The notes: a model not told the origin generated them from the letters alone. 64,000 nucleotides of DNA from Phycisphaerae bacterium (GCA_041690105.1 JAWLHX010000003.1:29126-93125); one strand, 5' to 3'. Positions 1 through 9,596 are shown, numbered from the stretch's first letter. Translations and numbers: made by a program.

Positions 1-1521
1 GCCATCCATGTCGGCTGTGCGGTTAACATCGCCCGCGGCGGAATCAATGGCCGGCGAAGTGCTGCGCAGGCGGTAGTCGGGCTTTGTGCTGGTGGGCTCC
101 GCGCCCCAGTTATAGATCAGCACCATCTGGCCCTTCATCGACACGTCGGTCGGCGGATCAAACTCAAGCTCCTTGCCCTCCACCCTGACCACCTTGCGCA
201 GCACGCCATCGCGCGGCCGGCCATCGGCAATCAGAATCTCCACCTGGTCGCCCAGCGCAATTTTGCCCTCGAGCGTTTCGCGGGCCGAGAGGCGGCGGTC
301 GGTAAACTGCTCCTTGGCGCCCTTGCCCCAGTAGTCGCACTTGGTGAAAAACTTCGGGGCGTTGACGAATTGAGGATCGATCCCCGCAAGGTCGCTCTCG
401 TCGAAGACCTGCTTTCGCTTCTCGCTATCGCCGCTCTTTTCCATCCACAGGTTATGGTCGGCCCGTTCGGTGCCCTCCACCGGCAGCGAACCATCGCGAA
501 AAATGTTGTTTCGGACAATGCTGCCGGTGCATTTCGACAAGGTTACCGAGCCCTGCGGAAAGGTATTGTTGATCACCGCCAGGCCGTCGGTCTGAACAAT
601 AGTGCAGACGTGCGGCGTGTAGACGTCGTAAATCAGGTTGCCCTCTATCCGCCAGTTTTTGCGCTCGCCCTCTTTAAGGTTGAAGGCCCCGATTGCCTGC
701 GAGACGTTATGAATAACGCTATTACGCACGGTCAGGTTGTTCGATCCGTAGACCACCTGAATGGCGTCGACATGGCCGGTTTTGCGGCCCCGGTTGCCGG
801 CGTTGCTTATGCGGCAGCCATCTATCAGCACCGGTCCTTCGCACTGCATGACGCGGATGCCGTCTTCGTGGCTCCAGGGGCCGATGGTCAGGTTACGGGC
901 CGTGCAGTTGGTGCTCTGGTAGAACGAAATGCCAAAATAAACGTGATGGATGTTGCTGTCGCGCACCATGACGCCGTCGCTGCGAGTGACCGAAACGGCC
1001 AGCCCCGCGTAAACTTCGCGCTCCGCCTGGTCAGCAATTTCGCAGTCTGCAACCTCCACGTTCTTGCTCTGCGAAATGTCAATAAACGGTGTCATGCCCC
1101 GCTTGGGCCGAGTCTCCTCGGTCCAGCCAAAGCGCAAATTCTGCAGGCTGATGTTCTTGCTCTCTGCGATGGCAACGCCGCCGGTCATCACGGCCTTGCC
1201 GGCATTGGCTGCTCGAACTGTTACAGTTTGAGGAAAATCTTTGCTGATGGCCACTGCCGGGTAGTTTCCGTCGGCCAGGGTGATTATCTCGCCGCCACTG
1301 CATTTTCCCAGCGCTGCGTCGATGGTCTTAAGCGGCGCTTCGGCCGAGCCTGCGGCCGCATCGTCACCCTCCAGCGGATTGACATGAATTGCCACCGGCG
1401 GCGGTTCGGCCACGTTGCCGCCGGCCTCGTGGCCTGCATCGGTGGCCAGAGCCTGGGCCGCAATGGCGGACGCCATAAGTGCTACGATCAGCATCGACAG
1501 GGGCAGGGCGGGGGTCTTCAT
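1..1521 (-). CDS. Secreted right-handed parallel beta-helix repeat protein (pectate-lyase-fold), C-terminus cut by window edge; 507 aa in window
   Basis: Own translation of the minus strand from ATG at 1521 (GAGGA RBS upstream): MKTPALPLSMLIVALMASAIAAQA signal peptide, then repeated N-x-x-[IV]-x-N / NNLTVRNSVIHN beta-helix turns. Open to position 1 with no stop, so absent from the ORF track. The listed plus ORF 370..1551 is its antisense shadow. Confidence 0.7.
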   Translation of the reverse strand, partial: MKTPALPLSMLIVALMASAIAAQALATDAGHEAGGNVAEPPPVAIHVNPLEGDDAAAGSAEAPLKTIDAALGKCSGGEIITLADGNYPAVAISKDFPQTVTVRAANAGKAVMTGGVAIAESKNISLQNLRFGWTEETRPKRGMTPFIDISQSKNVEVADCEIADQAEREVYAGLAVSVTRSDGVMVRDSNIHHVYFGISFYQSTNCTARNLTIGPWSHEDGIRVMQCEGPVLIDGCRISNAGNRGRKTGHVDAIQVVYGSNNLTVRNSVIHNVSQAIGAFNLKEGERKNWRIEGNLIYDVYTPHVCTIVQTDGLAVINNTFPQGSVTLSKCTGSIVRNNIFRDGSLPVEGTERADHNLWMEKSGDSEKRKQVFDESDLAGIDPQFVNAPKFFTKCDYWGKGAKEQFTDRRLSARETLEGKIALGDQVEILIADGRPRDGVLRKVVRVEGKELEFDPPTDVSMKGQMVLIYNWGAEPTSTKPDYRLRSTSPAIDSAAGDVNRTADMDG

Positions 1522-1825
1522 TTCGGTTTCCTCGTGCTGGAATGGAAGTGAATTGCGGCAGCAACCATCGGCGATGGCCGCGGCCTCTTCTGATCATAAC
1601 ACGCCCGGAATCGGCAGGAGTCGCAGAAAAGCCACGCCGCATACTGCATATTAGCGCAACCGCCCATCTAATGCAGTCGCTTGACGTCCAAGCACCTTGC
1701 CATCGTGTGACAATTTTGTGCTGGTGCAGAGGCCTCGCCATTTCTAAACTTGATGCGGCAACCTGCCCGGTCGATGTCATACTTGGTCGTTAGGCATTTG
1801 GTCCATTGAGTGAGGCGGAAAGAAC

Positions 1826-3262
1826 GTGAACAAAGACAGTCTGCTGTTGCCCGAAGACGAAGCCGAAGAGACTGAGCCAACGCAACAGGCAGTACTTAAA
1901 GAGTCTGCCCCGCAGGCTGAGCCCGACGGCATCAGTGGCAGTGTGGGTGGCATTATTCAGTTTCTGGGTGGGCTCCATCCGTCCAAAATAGCCCTTCTTG
2001 GCTATTTATCGTATGTGGTCATCGGGTGGCTGGTGTTATGCCTTCCGATGGTGCAAGCCAGCAAGCCCATATCGGCCCTCGACAATTTGTTTACCGCCAC
2101 CTCCGCAGTCTCAACAACAGGTCTGGTAACGCTGAGCATCTCGGATAACTACAATTTCGCCGGGCAACTGATCGTGCTCGTGTTGTTCCAGCTTGGTGGC
2201 CTTGGATATATGACTTTCGGTTCTTTTGTCGTACTGTCGCGCAAAACACCCTTATCTGCAGCTCGTCAGGAGGTCGGACGAACTGTTTTCAGCCTGCCCG
2301 AATCATTCAGAATCGACAAATTCATCCGCAGTGTAATTACCTTTGCCTTTCTGATAGAGTTGCTTGGGGTGTTGGCGCTTTACCCGATATTTCGAGATGC
2401 CGGCGATCCTAATCCCATCTGGAGCGCCATCTTCCATAGCGTCTCGGCCTTTTGCACTGCCGGCTTCAGTCTGAACAACAGCAGCTTTGAAGCATACTCC
2501 GGCAACTTCTGGCTGAATGCTGTAATCGGCGGCCTGAGCTACATGGGAGCAATCGGTTTCATCGTTTTTGTAGACTACTGGCGAATGCTCCGGGGCAAGA
2601 TCAAAAGCGTGACGCTAACAAGCAAGATCATTATCTGGAGTAGCCTTTGGCTGATGCTGGCTGGCACTATTCTCCTGTTCGTCTCGGAGCCGAGCGTCCA
2701 GAATCTGCCGACCGAAGAACGATTGATGGCCTCTTTCTTTCAGTCTATGACTGCCATGACCACTGTCGGTTTTAATACGATTGGCATTTCGGGGATTTCA
2801 CGCGCCGCATTGCTGGTAATCATCGTACTGATGATCATTGGCGCATCACCATCAGGTACTGGCGGCGGACTCAAGACAACCACTTTTTCGGCCATGATAG
2901 GTGTTGTTCGCAGCGCTCTTCGAGGAGAGCATCAGGTTCGTTTCTGGGGTCGCGCAGTCCCGCTCGAGCGGGTGTGGCTTGCAATTGCAGGGCTTGGCCT
3001 GTACCTGTTCCTGCTGATAAGCGGCATCTATTTGCTGGAACTGACGGAGACGCTGGAATTCGAGCAACTGTTTTTTGAAGCTGCTTCCGCCCTGGGTACC
3101 GTGGGACTCAGTATGGGTATTACCTCGCAGCTTTCGGCCATAGGCAAAATTATTATCATCTTCCTGATGTTCTGCGGTCGACTTGGCCCACTGACCTTTG
3201 GCATTGCTCTGTTTACCCGCCCAGTGAACGAAACTGGTCATGATAACGACCTGGCCATCTAG
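1826..3262 (+). CDS. trkH: TrkH/KtrB-family potassium uptake transporter, membrane subunit
   Basis: 478 aa polytopic protein with repeated M1PM2 pore motifs and the GGGLKTTTF selectivity-like motif typical of the TrkH/KtrB/HKT superfamily. Confidence 0.85.
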   Translation: MNKDSLLLPEDEAEETEPTQQAVLKESAPQAEPDGISGSVGGIIQFLGGLHPSKIALLGYLSYVVIGWLVLCLPMVQASKPISALDNLFTATSAVSTTGLVTLSISDNYNFAGQLIVLVLFQLGGLGYMTFGSFVVLSRKTPLSAARQEVGRTVFSLPESFRIDKFIRSVITFAFLIELLGVLALYPIFRDAGDPNPIWSAIFHSVSAFCTAGFSLNNSSFEAYSGNFWLNAVIGGLSYMGAIGFIVFVDYWRMLRGKIKSVTLTSKIIIWSSLWLMLAGTILLFVSEPSVQNLPTEERLMASFFQSMTAMTTVGFNTIGISGISRAALLVIIVLMIIGASPSGTGGGLKTTTFSAMIGVVRSALRGEHQVRFWGRAVPLERVWLAIAGLGLYLFLLISGIYLLELTETLEFEQLFFEAASALGTVGLSMGITSQLSAIGKIIIIFLMFCGRLGPLTFGIALFTRPVNETGHDNDLAI

Positions 3263-3287
3263 TTTCGGGTAGAGCGAATCGTTCCGG

Positions 3288-3908
3288 CTATTCGCTCAGC
3301 GTCTCCAGATAATCGGTCAGGCTGGAGACGCGACCATCGGCGTAGACGCAGCGGCCCGGCTTCATCTTGCCCAGTTTCTCGTACAGGAGGTGCACATAGC
3401 TCTCGGTCAGGGTCTCGGCCTGCTGGCGGCCAAGTTGCTCGATGATGCTATGCACGGTTTGCTCGTCGGCGGCTTCGACTTCGGCAAACTGGCCCACCAA
3501 CGGCACCTGGTCCAGGGTAATCTCGCTGCCGTCGAGGTTCCATCGCCGGCGAATCTTCTGATAGCAGAAGACCTCAAAGTAGTTCATCCAGTGAAGGATG
3601 TCGCGCATGCCGCTGACGTCCGGCACCTCAACCTCGTGCTCCACCCGCACCTTCAGGTCGCCCACCTCGCGCGGGCCCTTGCAGGTAAGTCGCGGCGAAT
3701 GGTCGCCTTGCCGGGCGGCCTCGTCCAGTGGAACATCGAGCCGCATGCGCAGGGCCATGTCCTGCTCTATCAGCCTCTGCTCGGGGTGGTCGAAGAAGAT
3801 GTCCGTCTCCGACCAGGCGCCCCGATAGGTGGCTCCCAGCCGATCAATGGCCGCAACAAAGGCCGCCTCATCGTCAACACGCACTTTGGTCTCAATCTCT
3901 TTTCCCAT
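3288..3908 (-). CDS. CYTH-domain protein (class IV adenylate cyclase / triphosphatase-like)
   Basis: N-terminal EIETKVRV matches the CYTH ExExK signature; ~200 aa is typical of CYTH proteins. Confidence 0.6.
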   Translation of the reverse strand: MGKEIETKVRVDDEAAFVAAIDRLGATYRGAWSETDIFFDHPEQRLIEQDMALRMRLDVPLDEAARQGDHSPRLTCKGPREVGDLKVRVEHEVEVPDVSGMRDILHWMNYFEVFCYQKIRRRWNLDGSEITLDQVPLVGQFAEVEAADEQTVHSIIEQLGRQQAETLTESYVHLLYEKLGKMKPGRCVYADGRVSSLTDYLETLSE

Positions 3909-4107
3909 AGCGGCATTTTAGACCCCTTTGCCGCCAGGCAGCAAACAGAAAAAGAGGCGCCAGGCATCAGGGGTGCGGTCCCAACCGGCGGTCAGGTGTA
4001 ACACCAAAATAAAACGGCGGATCGCAGGACCCGCCGTGGAACAATTGATTCTGGCACTTTCAGTGTCGCAGGAGCTTGACGATTCGCATCGTGCGCGGTC
4101 TGGAGCT

Positions 4108-5175
4108 TCAGGAAATACGGACTTCGCGGCCCGTCTGGCTCGACTTATACAGACCGTCAATCACCTTCTGCACAATCAGCGCCTCTTCGCCCGGAATCGG
4201 CACCGGCTTGTCCTCCAGCAGGGCCTCGGCAAAGCCGGCAATGGCTGCCCCGTGCGGCTGGCGGCGGTCCTTGACGAATTGCGGCGTGCATTCCATCAGG
4301 TAGCCATTCTCTTCCAGAGTAATCTTCAGCGGACTGATGCTGGCCCCGCCCTTGTCGCCGACAATTTCGGCCGAAAACTTCTCTTCGCTCAGGTTGACGC
4401 AGAAGGCGCTCTCGATCATCATTGTCTGCCCGCCCTCGAAACGCACCAGGGCCACGGCAAAATCCTCAACGTCGTACGTGCTCCAGTCCCACGGACCAAA
4501 GGCCCCGATATGCCCGGGCGTCTTGCCAATGGTCTCGTAATACTGGCCGCTCACGCTGACGGGTTTCGGTTTGCCCATCAGGTACCAAGCCATGTCGATG
4601 CTGTGCACGCCGATGTCGATCAGCGGGCCGCCGCCCTGTAGCTTTTTCTGGCCGAAGACGCCCCAGCTCGGAACGCCGCGGCGGCGGATGCTGTAGCTGC
4701 GCGAATAATATATGTTGCCCAGTTTGCCAGCGTCGACCATGTCCTTGATGCACTCGACCTCGCCGCGGAACCGATTGTGCAGGCCGATCATCAGCTTTTT
4801 GCCGGCCTTCTTGGCGGCGGCAACCATGCTGGCGCCCTCTTTGCCGGTCAGGGCCATCGGCTTTTCGCAGTAAACATGCTTGCCGGCGGCAAAGGCTGCC
4901 AGGGCGGTCGGTTTATGGTCGTAGTTGGGCGTGCAGATGTCAATGACGTCGATCGACTTGTCGCTGAGCATCTCCTTCAGGCTCTTGCAGACGGTCGGAA
5001 TCTTGAACTCGGCGGCCATGGTCTCGGCCCTGCTCAGGTCAATGTCGAAGCAGGAGACAACCTTGGCGTTGGCAACATTGGCCCAGCCCGGCAGATGAGT
5101 TCCGCGAGCAATGGCACCGGTACCGACCAGACCAACACGAAGCTGCGTATCCATTATCAGCCTTTCTTTTTGCAA
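4108..5175 (-). CDS. Gfo/Idh/MocA-family NAD(P)-dependent oxidoreductase
   Basis: N-terminal Rossmann LRVGLVGTGAIARGTHLPGW and the EKP motif (HVYCEKPMALT) typical of Gfo/Idh/MocA dehydrogenases; 355 aa. Confidence 0.85.
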   Translation of the reverse strand: MQKERLIMDTQLRVGLVGTGAIARGTHLPGWANVANAKVVSCFDIDLSRAETMAAEFKIPTVCKSLKEMLSDKSIDVIDICTPNYDHKPTALAAFAAGKHVYCEKPMALTGKEGASMVAAAKKAGKKLMIGLHNRFRGEVECIKDMVDAGKLGNIYYSRSYSIRRRGVPSWGVFGQKKLQGGGPLIDIGVHSIDMAWYLMGKPKPVSVSGQYYETIGKTPGHIGAFGPWDWSTYDVEDFAVALVRFEGGQTMMIESAFCVNLSEEKFSAEIVGDKGGASISPLKITLEENGYLMECTPQFVKDRRQPHGAAIAGFAEALLEDKPVPIPGEEALIVQKVIDGLYKSSQTGREVRIS

Positions 5176-5325
5176 TGTGCCGCCCGCTGACAGCCAGAGT
5201 TCAATGCCACGCCCAGTTTCATTTCATCGCCCGTTGCACTGGAAAAGTCCATGAAAAATGGACGCCCCATGATGAGGCGCCCCCTGCGAATCTGAATCAG
5301 CGAAATAATGATGCCAACCGGACCG

Positions 5326-5472
5326 TCAAGCTACGTTAGGAAGCTTGCGACCCATGCTGCGACGGCGGTTGATCATCTTGCGGCCGGCCGGTGTCTTCAT
5401 CCGGCTGCGGAAGCCGCACTGCCGCTTACGTTTGATATAGCTCTTGCGAGGCTCTCTGTGACTGAATCCCAT
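5326..5472 (-). CDS. rpmH: 50S ribosomal protein L34
   Basis: Own translation of minus strand: MGFSHREPRKSYIKRKRQCGFRSRMKTPAGRKMINRRRSMGRKLPNVA. Matches the L34 consensus (KRxxxHGFRxRMxTxxGRxxLxRRRxKGRKxL); AAGGAG RBS 8 nt upstream. Too short for the ORF track. Confidence 0.85.
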   Translation of the reverse strand: MGFSHREPRKSYIKRKRQCGFRSRMKTPAGRKMINRRRSMGRKLPNVA

Positions 5473-5695
5473 CGCTGCTTCTCCTTCCGTATCAACACTA
5501 CGCCAACTTCGCGGATAATTGCGAGTCCGGCATTCTATCGACCTTGCCAGAGGCTGTCAAGCGCCAGTTTCGGTCCAATTGTTTTAGTTGCGTTGACCTG
5601 CGGCTCAACAATCCCTTATAATCCCCATCATCCACATGACGACGTCCGGCAGTTCCCGGTTTCGTCGCATAACAGTCTGAAGCGGGGGCAGAAGC

Positions 5696-8071
5696 ATGCG
5701 TAACCAGCAGTTTTTAAACCACAAGTTGATTCATCGGTCAGTAAGTCGCCAGGCAGCAGCGTTTATTGCCGCCCTGCTGTCGCTGGTGCTGCTGCCTGAA
5801 CCTGCAACCGGCCAGATTCCTCTCCCCCCGCCCCCCGGGCATCCGCAAGGCCCTGCGGTGGCGGCACCAAGGGGGCCCAGCAACAATCTCAATACAAATG
5901 ATAAAAGCAACCCCAGCAACTCGCGCAGCACGGTTGACGCCAAAGAGCTTGCCAAAGCCATCGAAAAAGGCGCTAACTGGTTGCTCCAGCAGCAGTTGAA
6001 TGATGGCAGCATCAATGGCAGCGATGATGATACAGTTTTTGCCGCCATTGCAATGCTGGAGTGCGGGGCCACGGTGCGTTCGCCGGCAATTCAAAAAATG
6101 CTGGCCTACCTGGCCGCCCAGCGCAGCCGCGAGACGCGCTTTATTGCTCTGCGGGCAGAAGCCTTTGCCCTGGCCGCGGCAAGCGGAGGCCCGGCTGCCC
6201 GCCGCATATACGAACCGCTCGTAGCAGCCGATTTCAAAGTAATCCGCGAAAATCAGGACGAAAATGGCCTGTGGCAATATCGCGCCAGGCGAAATGCCGA
6301 CGTCGGGGTAACTTTCGATGTCGTGTGTGCAGTGCAATCGTGCGCCGCCGAAGGCTATCGCCTGCCCGATGCTGCCCTCCAGAACGTCATTGCTGCTTAC
6401 TTTTCGCTGCAGAACCGCAATGGTGGCTGGAGCTACAGTCCGGACGGGCCGGACCGGCAGATGAGTTTCCCCGACAGCACCATGAGCGCCCTTGCCTGCC
6501 TCATGGCCTACGGCCTCGACCCGAGCGGGACCGACGACGCCACCCGGCTCAACGACAAGCTGCAAACATCCATACAGTCGGGACTTACGTTCATGACAAA
6601 ATCGATCTCGCTGCGCGATGAAGCAAGGGGGCGGGACGATCGCGACCGAGGCTTCTATTCTCGTGCCTACATCATCGGCCGCATGCTCAAATACGTGGAC
6701 CTTGAGTCGCTGAGCAACGCCAAAATCGTTGCCGAGTGGGTGAATCCGGTAATGGCTCGCCAGCAGGACGATGGCCGCTGGCGCGGAGTCCGCGAGACGG
6801 CCTTCGTGCTCTACATGCTGGGCCAGCTCCGGCCGACGCCCATTATCGCCGAGATTACCGACACAACCAAGCCCCCCACCGCCAACCGCCTGCTGGTCAA
6901 CCAGACCAAAAGCCTGTCGCGGGCCCTGCCGCAACCTGTAACCTATTGCCGCGCAAGGCTTTCGGAGGACGAGCGGTACATGGACCTGCCCCTGATTGTG
7001 CTGGACGTGCCGGAGGACTGGAAACTGGCCGCCGAGGAGAGGCAGAACCTTATCGATTACGTGGCCGGTGGCGGAACGATTCTGCTGATTGCCCCCCTCC
7101 AGCAGCGCGAGGAGGCCGCCGCCCTGGCCGAAAAGCTGGCCGAGTTGTGGCCCCAGACGCCTCTGGAGGCCCTGCAGCGTAACGACCCCATGTGGACCGC
7201 TCGCGAGACGCCCAGCACAAAACCCATCTGCCATGGCCTCAGCGATGGCGTCCGCACGTTTCTGTTTGCCCTGAACAGGCACACGGCCATCGAGCTGGCT
7301 TTCGGCCGCTACGGTACGCGTGGCAGCAACATGGCCACCATCAACAACATTCTGGCCTATGCCTCCGAGGGCCGCTTCGAGTCCGGGCAGTTGCTGGCCG
7401 AAGAGCCTGCCGATACCGCCGAGCCGCAAATTGGCCCGCAGAAGATCGTGGCCATCGGGGCGGCGACGGCCGAAGAATCCGATTTTCAGAAGCTTGGCCT
7501 GCCCGTTGCTCCGTACAACGGTTTTGCCGCGGCCGCCGGCCTGTTGCCCGCCAGCGCCGGTGTGAAGGTGCTGGGGCCCAAAGCCATCAATGCCGCCGAT
7601 GAGAATCTGGGTCTGTGTGACCTGCTTTACGTGCCCATTTCGTCCAGCACGGATTTCAGTCAGGATGAGCTCGACGGCTTGAAGAAGTACATTGCCGAGG
7701 GCGGTTTCGTCTTCATCGAGGGCCGTGCCGGCGAGCTTGCCGCCGACCGTAACACGAAGAAAATCATCGACTCCCTTGGCCTGAAGGCCGAGAGCGTCCG
7801 CGACCACAGCCTGCTTTCCGGCCAGTTTGCCGACCCGGCCAGGGGCTACAACGTGCAGCAACTGGCCGTCCGGCAAGATGGCAAACTGCTCCCGGCCCGC
7901 AATACCGACCTCCGGGTGCTCAAATCCGGCGAGCTCATTGTCGGCGTTTACAGTCCGCTGGATCTGGTCGTCTCGGCCAGCGGCATACCCTGCTTCGGCC
8001 TCCGCGGCTACGCCACCAACGACGCCCGCCGCATACTGGCCAACCTGATTATCCACCGCACCACGCGCTGA
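5696..8071 (+). CDS. Large secreted two-domain protein: N-terminal prenyltransferase/squalene-cyclase-like alpha-toroid repeats, C-terminal DUF4159-like (class-I glutamine-amidotransferase-like fold) domains
   Basis: Signal-peptide-like N-terminus (AAFIAALLSLVLLPEPATG). KAIEKGANWLLQQQLNDGS and repeated GxW / Q-W motifs of the terpenoid cyclase/prenyltransferase repeat family. C-terminal LIVLDVPEDW...GGTILLIAP and YIAEGGFVFIEG blocks resemble DUF4159 / ThuA-like domains common in Planctomycetes. The antisense 772-aa ORF is a shadow. Confidence 0.6.
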   Translation: MRNQQFLNHKLIHRSVSRQAAAFIAALLSLVLLPEPATGQIPLPPPPGHPQGPAVAAPRGPSNNLNTNDKSNPSNSRSTVDAKELAKAIEKGANWLLQQQLNDGSINGSDDDTVFAAIAMLECGATVRSPAIQKMLAYLAAQRSRETRFIALRAEAFALAAASGGPAARRIYEPLVAADFKVIRENQDENGLWQYRARRNADVGVTFDVVCAVQSCAAEGYRLPDAALQNVIAAYFSLQNRNGGWSYSPDGPDRQMSFPDSTMSALACLMAYGLDPSGTDDATRLNDKLQTSIQSGLTFMTKSISLRDEARGRDDRDRGFYSRAYIIGRMLKYVDLESLSNAKIVAEWVNPVMARQQDDGRWRGVRETAFVLYMLGQLRPTPIIAEITDTTKPPTANRLLVNQTKSLSRALPQPVTYCRARLSEDERYMDLPLIVLDVPEDWKLAAEERQNLIDYVAGGGTILLIAPLQQREEAAALAEKLAELWPQTPLEALQRNDPMWTARETPSTKPICHGLSDGVRTFLFALNRHTAIELAFGRYGTRGSNMATINNILAYASEGRFESGQLLAEEPADTAEPQIGPQKIVAIGAATAEESDFQKLGLPVAPYNGFAAAAGLLPASAGVKVLGPKAINAADENLGLCDLLYVPISSSTDFSQDELDGLKKYIAEGGFVFIEGRAGELAADRNTKKIIDSLGLKAESVRDHSLLSGQFADPARGYNVQQLAVRQDGKLLPARNTDLRVLKSGELIVGVYSPLDLVVSASGIPCFGLRGYATNDARRILANLIIHRTTR

Positions 8072-8395
8072 CCGGCGGCCGTTGTCGTTCTAAAGCCCCC
8101 TGCACTGCAGGGGGATGTCGTTGCCGTTGCTTCTTTTGATTTAAACTCGCGGAGTTGCTGCGTTTCGATCCCCCGGCAATGCCGGGGGCTTCAAAAGGCC
8201 TTCGCCACGGTGGGCGTTGCCGTTGCCGCGGCCGTTGTCGTTCTAAAGCCCCCTGCACTGCAGGGGGATGTCGTTACCGTTGCTTTCTTTTGATTTAAAA
8301 CTCGCGGAGTTGCTGCGTTGCGATCCCCCGGCAATGCCGGGGGCTTCAAAGGCAACGGCAATGGCAAAGGCAACAGAAACGGGCCGAGGGGCCAG
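8072..8395. repeat. Tandem duplication (2 x ~150 bp) of a GC-rich two-hairpin intergenic repeat element (type 1)
   Basis: Unit GGCCGTTGTCGTTCTAAAGCCCCCTGCACTGCAGGGGGATGTCGTTGCCGTTGCTTCTTTTGATTTAAACTCGCGGAGTTGCTGCGTTTCGATCCCCCGGCAATGCCGGGGGCTTCAAA occurs at ~8077-8215 and ~8229-8365 at >90% identity. Contains two 9-bp-stem hairpins (CCCCCTGCA/TGCAGGGGG and CCCCCGGCA/TGCCGGGGG) and GTTGCCGTTG / CAACGGCAA runs. Confidence 0.8.
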
Positions 8396-8462
8396 ATGCC
8401 CCCCGGCACTCACGGCCAGGATGGCCGTGCCACCGGGTGAAGAAGCATTGCCGATGGTGCGT

Positions 8463-9596
8463 TTAATCGGCCGTTGCGGTGCTCCAGGTGATGGTGACTG
8501 GTTGGCCGTCGGGCATTATGTCTACCAGTATGTTGCCCTCGGCGATGCGCGTGGTCAGGGCATTTGCCGGGGCGGCGTCGCCCTGGACTGTGGCCCGGGC
8601 GCTGGTGGCCTGTGGGGCGGGGATGACTACGGTCAGCGGCACCTGGAAGACGTCGGCCGGCTCAAGACGGGTGGCAATGCTGAGGCGGATTGAATTCTCA
8701 CCGCGTTCGATAACCTCCAGCCTGGCTGCCTCGCGGGCCCGAATGTAACGGCCAATCGTCCCCATGGGCGCTATCCAGATGGTATCTTTCTGCGAATCGA
8801 GCCACTGGCAGTGAGTGCGGAATTCGTCTTTGCTCTTAAAGGGCGACCAGCCGGCACCGACGATGGAATGAATGATGGCCACAAACCAGCCGCCCTCGTC
8901 GCGGCAGGCGATGATTCTCTGCCGTGTCCGCTCGTCGTCCCACTGCCGCCTGTCGGTATTGCCGTAGCCGGCGGTTGTCATAATCGGAAATTGAGCCGAA
9001 CTGCGGATGAAGTAATGCTTTTCGAGGATCTTCCGTCGCACGTTTTCGGTGGCCCTTGAGCCGCCTGGCAGAGCATAGGTTACGGGCGTGACATCGGTCT
9101 TCTCCCTGATCAGCCGCCAGGACTCGTTAATCAGGAAACCGAGCCGCTCGTCGGTGGCCTCGTGCAGCTTTTCTTTGATGGCCCCATGGGTGCCGATTTC
9201 GTGCCCGGCGGCATGCAATTCCTTGGCCTGCTGCCAGGAGATCATGTTGCCGCCCATGGCCGGGTTTTCCATGTGCATGGGGATGAGAAAGAAGGTGCCC
9301 TTCAGGCCTAGAGGATCGAGAATTTCGCGGGCGTCGGCCACCTCCTGCCGAAAGCCATCGTCGAAGGTCAGGCTGAGTGCGCCCCGGCGATTTCCGTAAT
9401 AGTCGGCAATTCTCGGCATGATCTGCTCCTTCTGGCCTTCATCTTGGGGCGCAGCCAGTTTAACGACGGGCGCTGCGGCCGTGGCCAGCGCGGGATCGGT
9501 GCTGGCGGTGGTCCCGGCATCATCGGGCCGGCATCCTGTGCTTACGATACTGAACAATACGACCATCATGGCCAGCGTTGCGATAGTTCTCAGCAT
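8463..9596 (-). CDS. Polysaccharide deacetylase (CE4 / NodB-homology) lipoprotein
   Basis: NodB motif LTFDDGFRQ; N-terminal lipoprotein-like signal (LFSIVSTGC). Confidence 0.8.
   Translation of the reverse strand: MLRTIATLAMMVVLFSIVSTGCRPDDAGTTASTDPALATAAAPVVKLAAPQDEGQKEQIMPRIADYYGNRRGALSLTFDDGFRQEVADAREILDPLGLKGTFFLIPMHMENPAMGGNMISWQQAKELHAAGHEIGTHGAIKEKLHEATDERLGFLINESWRLIREKTDVTPVTYALPGGSRATENVRRKILEKHYFIRSSAQFPIMTTAGYGNTDRRQWDDERTRQRIIACRDEGGWFVAIIHSIVGAGWSPFKSKDEFRTHCQWLDSQKDTIWIAPMGTIGRYIRAREAARLEVIERGENSIRLSIATRLEPADVFQVPLTVVIPAPQATSARATVQGDAAPANALTTRIAEGNILVDIMPDGQPVTITWSTATAD

Noticed and set aside
370-1551. 393-aa plus-strand ORF
   Set aside because: Antisense to the beta-helix protein gene (minus strand, ATG 1521 with RBS and signal peptide); the translation is Val/Ala/Gly-rich and featureless.
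3273-3296. Hairpin AGCGAAT-N10-ATTCGCT between convergent trkH and CYTH genes as a bidirectional terminator
   Set aside because: It overlaps the CYTH stop codon and has no flanking T/A tract on either strand; too weak to call.
5738-8056. 772-aa minus-strand ORF
   Set aside because: Antisense shadow of the 5696..8071 plus-strand gene, which has a start codon, signal peptide and recognisable domains. The translation is Ala/Gly/Arg-rich with no domain signatures, typical of high-GC shadow ORFs.
8049-8258. Small ORFs inside the repeat elements (8049..8258 -, 45127..45525 +) sharing the peptide KQRQRHPPAVQGALERQRP
   Set aside because: The shared peptide simply reflects nucleotide identity of the repeat copies; no RBS or start context, and the Arg/Gln/Pro composition is typical of translated GC-rich hairpins. 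Treated as non-coding.
8072-8395. Possible CRISPR array (repeated GC-rich palindromic units)
   Set aside because: Only two ~150-bp tandem units with no regularly spaced short repeats or unique spacers. Related copies elsewhere are dispersed and inverted, and no cas genes are nearby. Better explained as a REP/MITE-like element.
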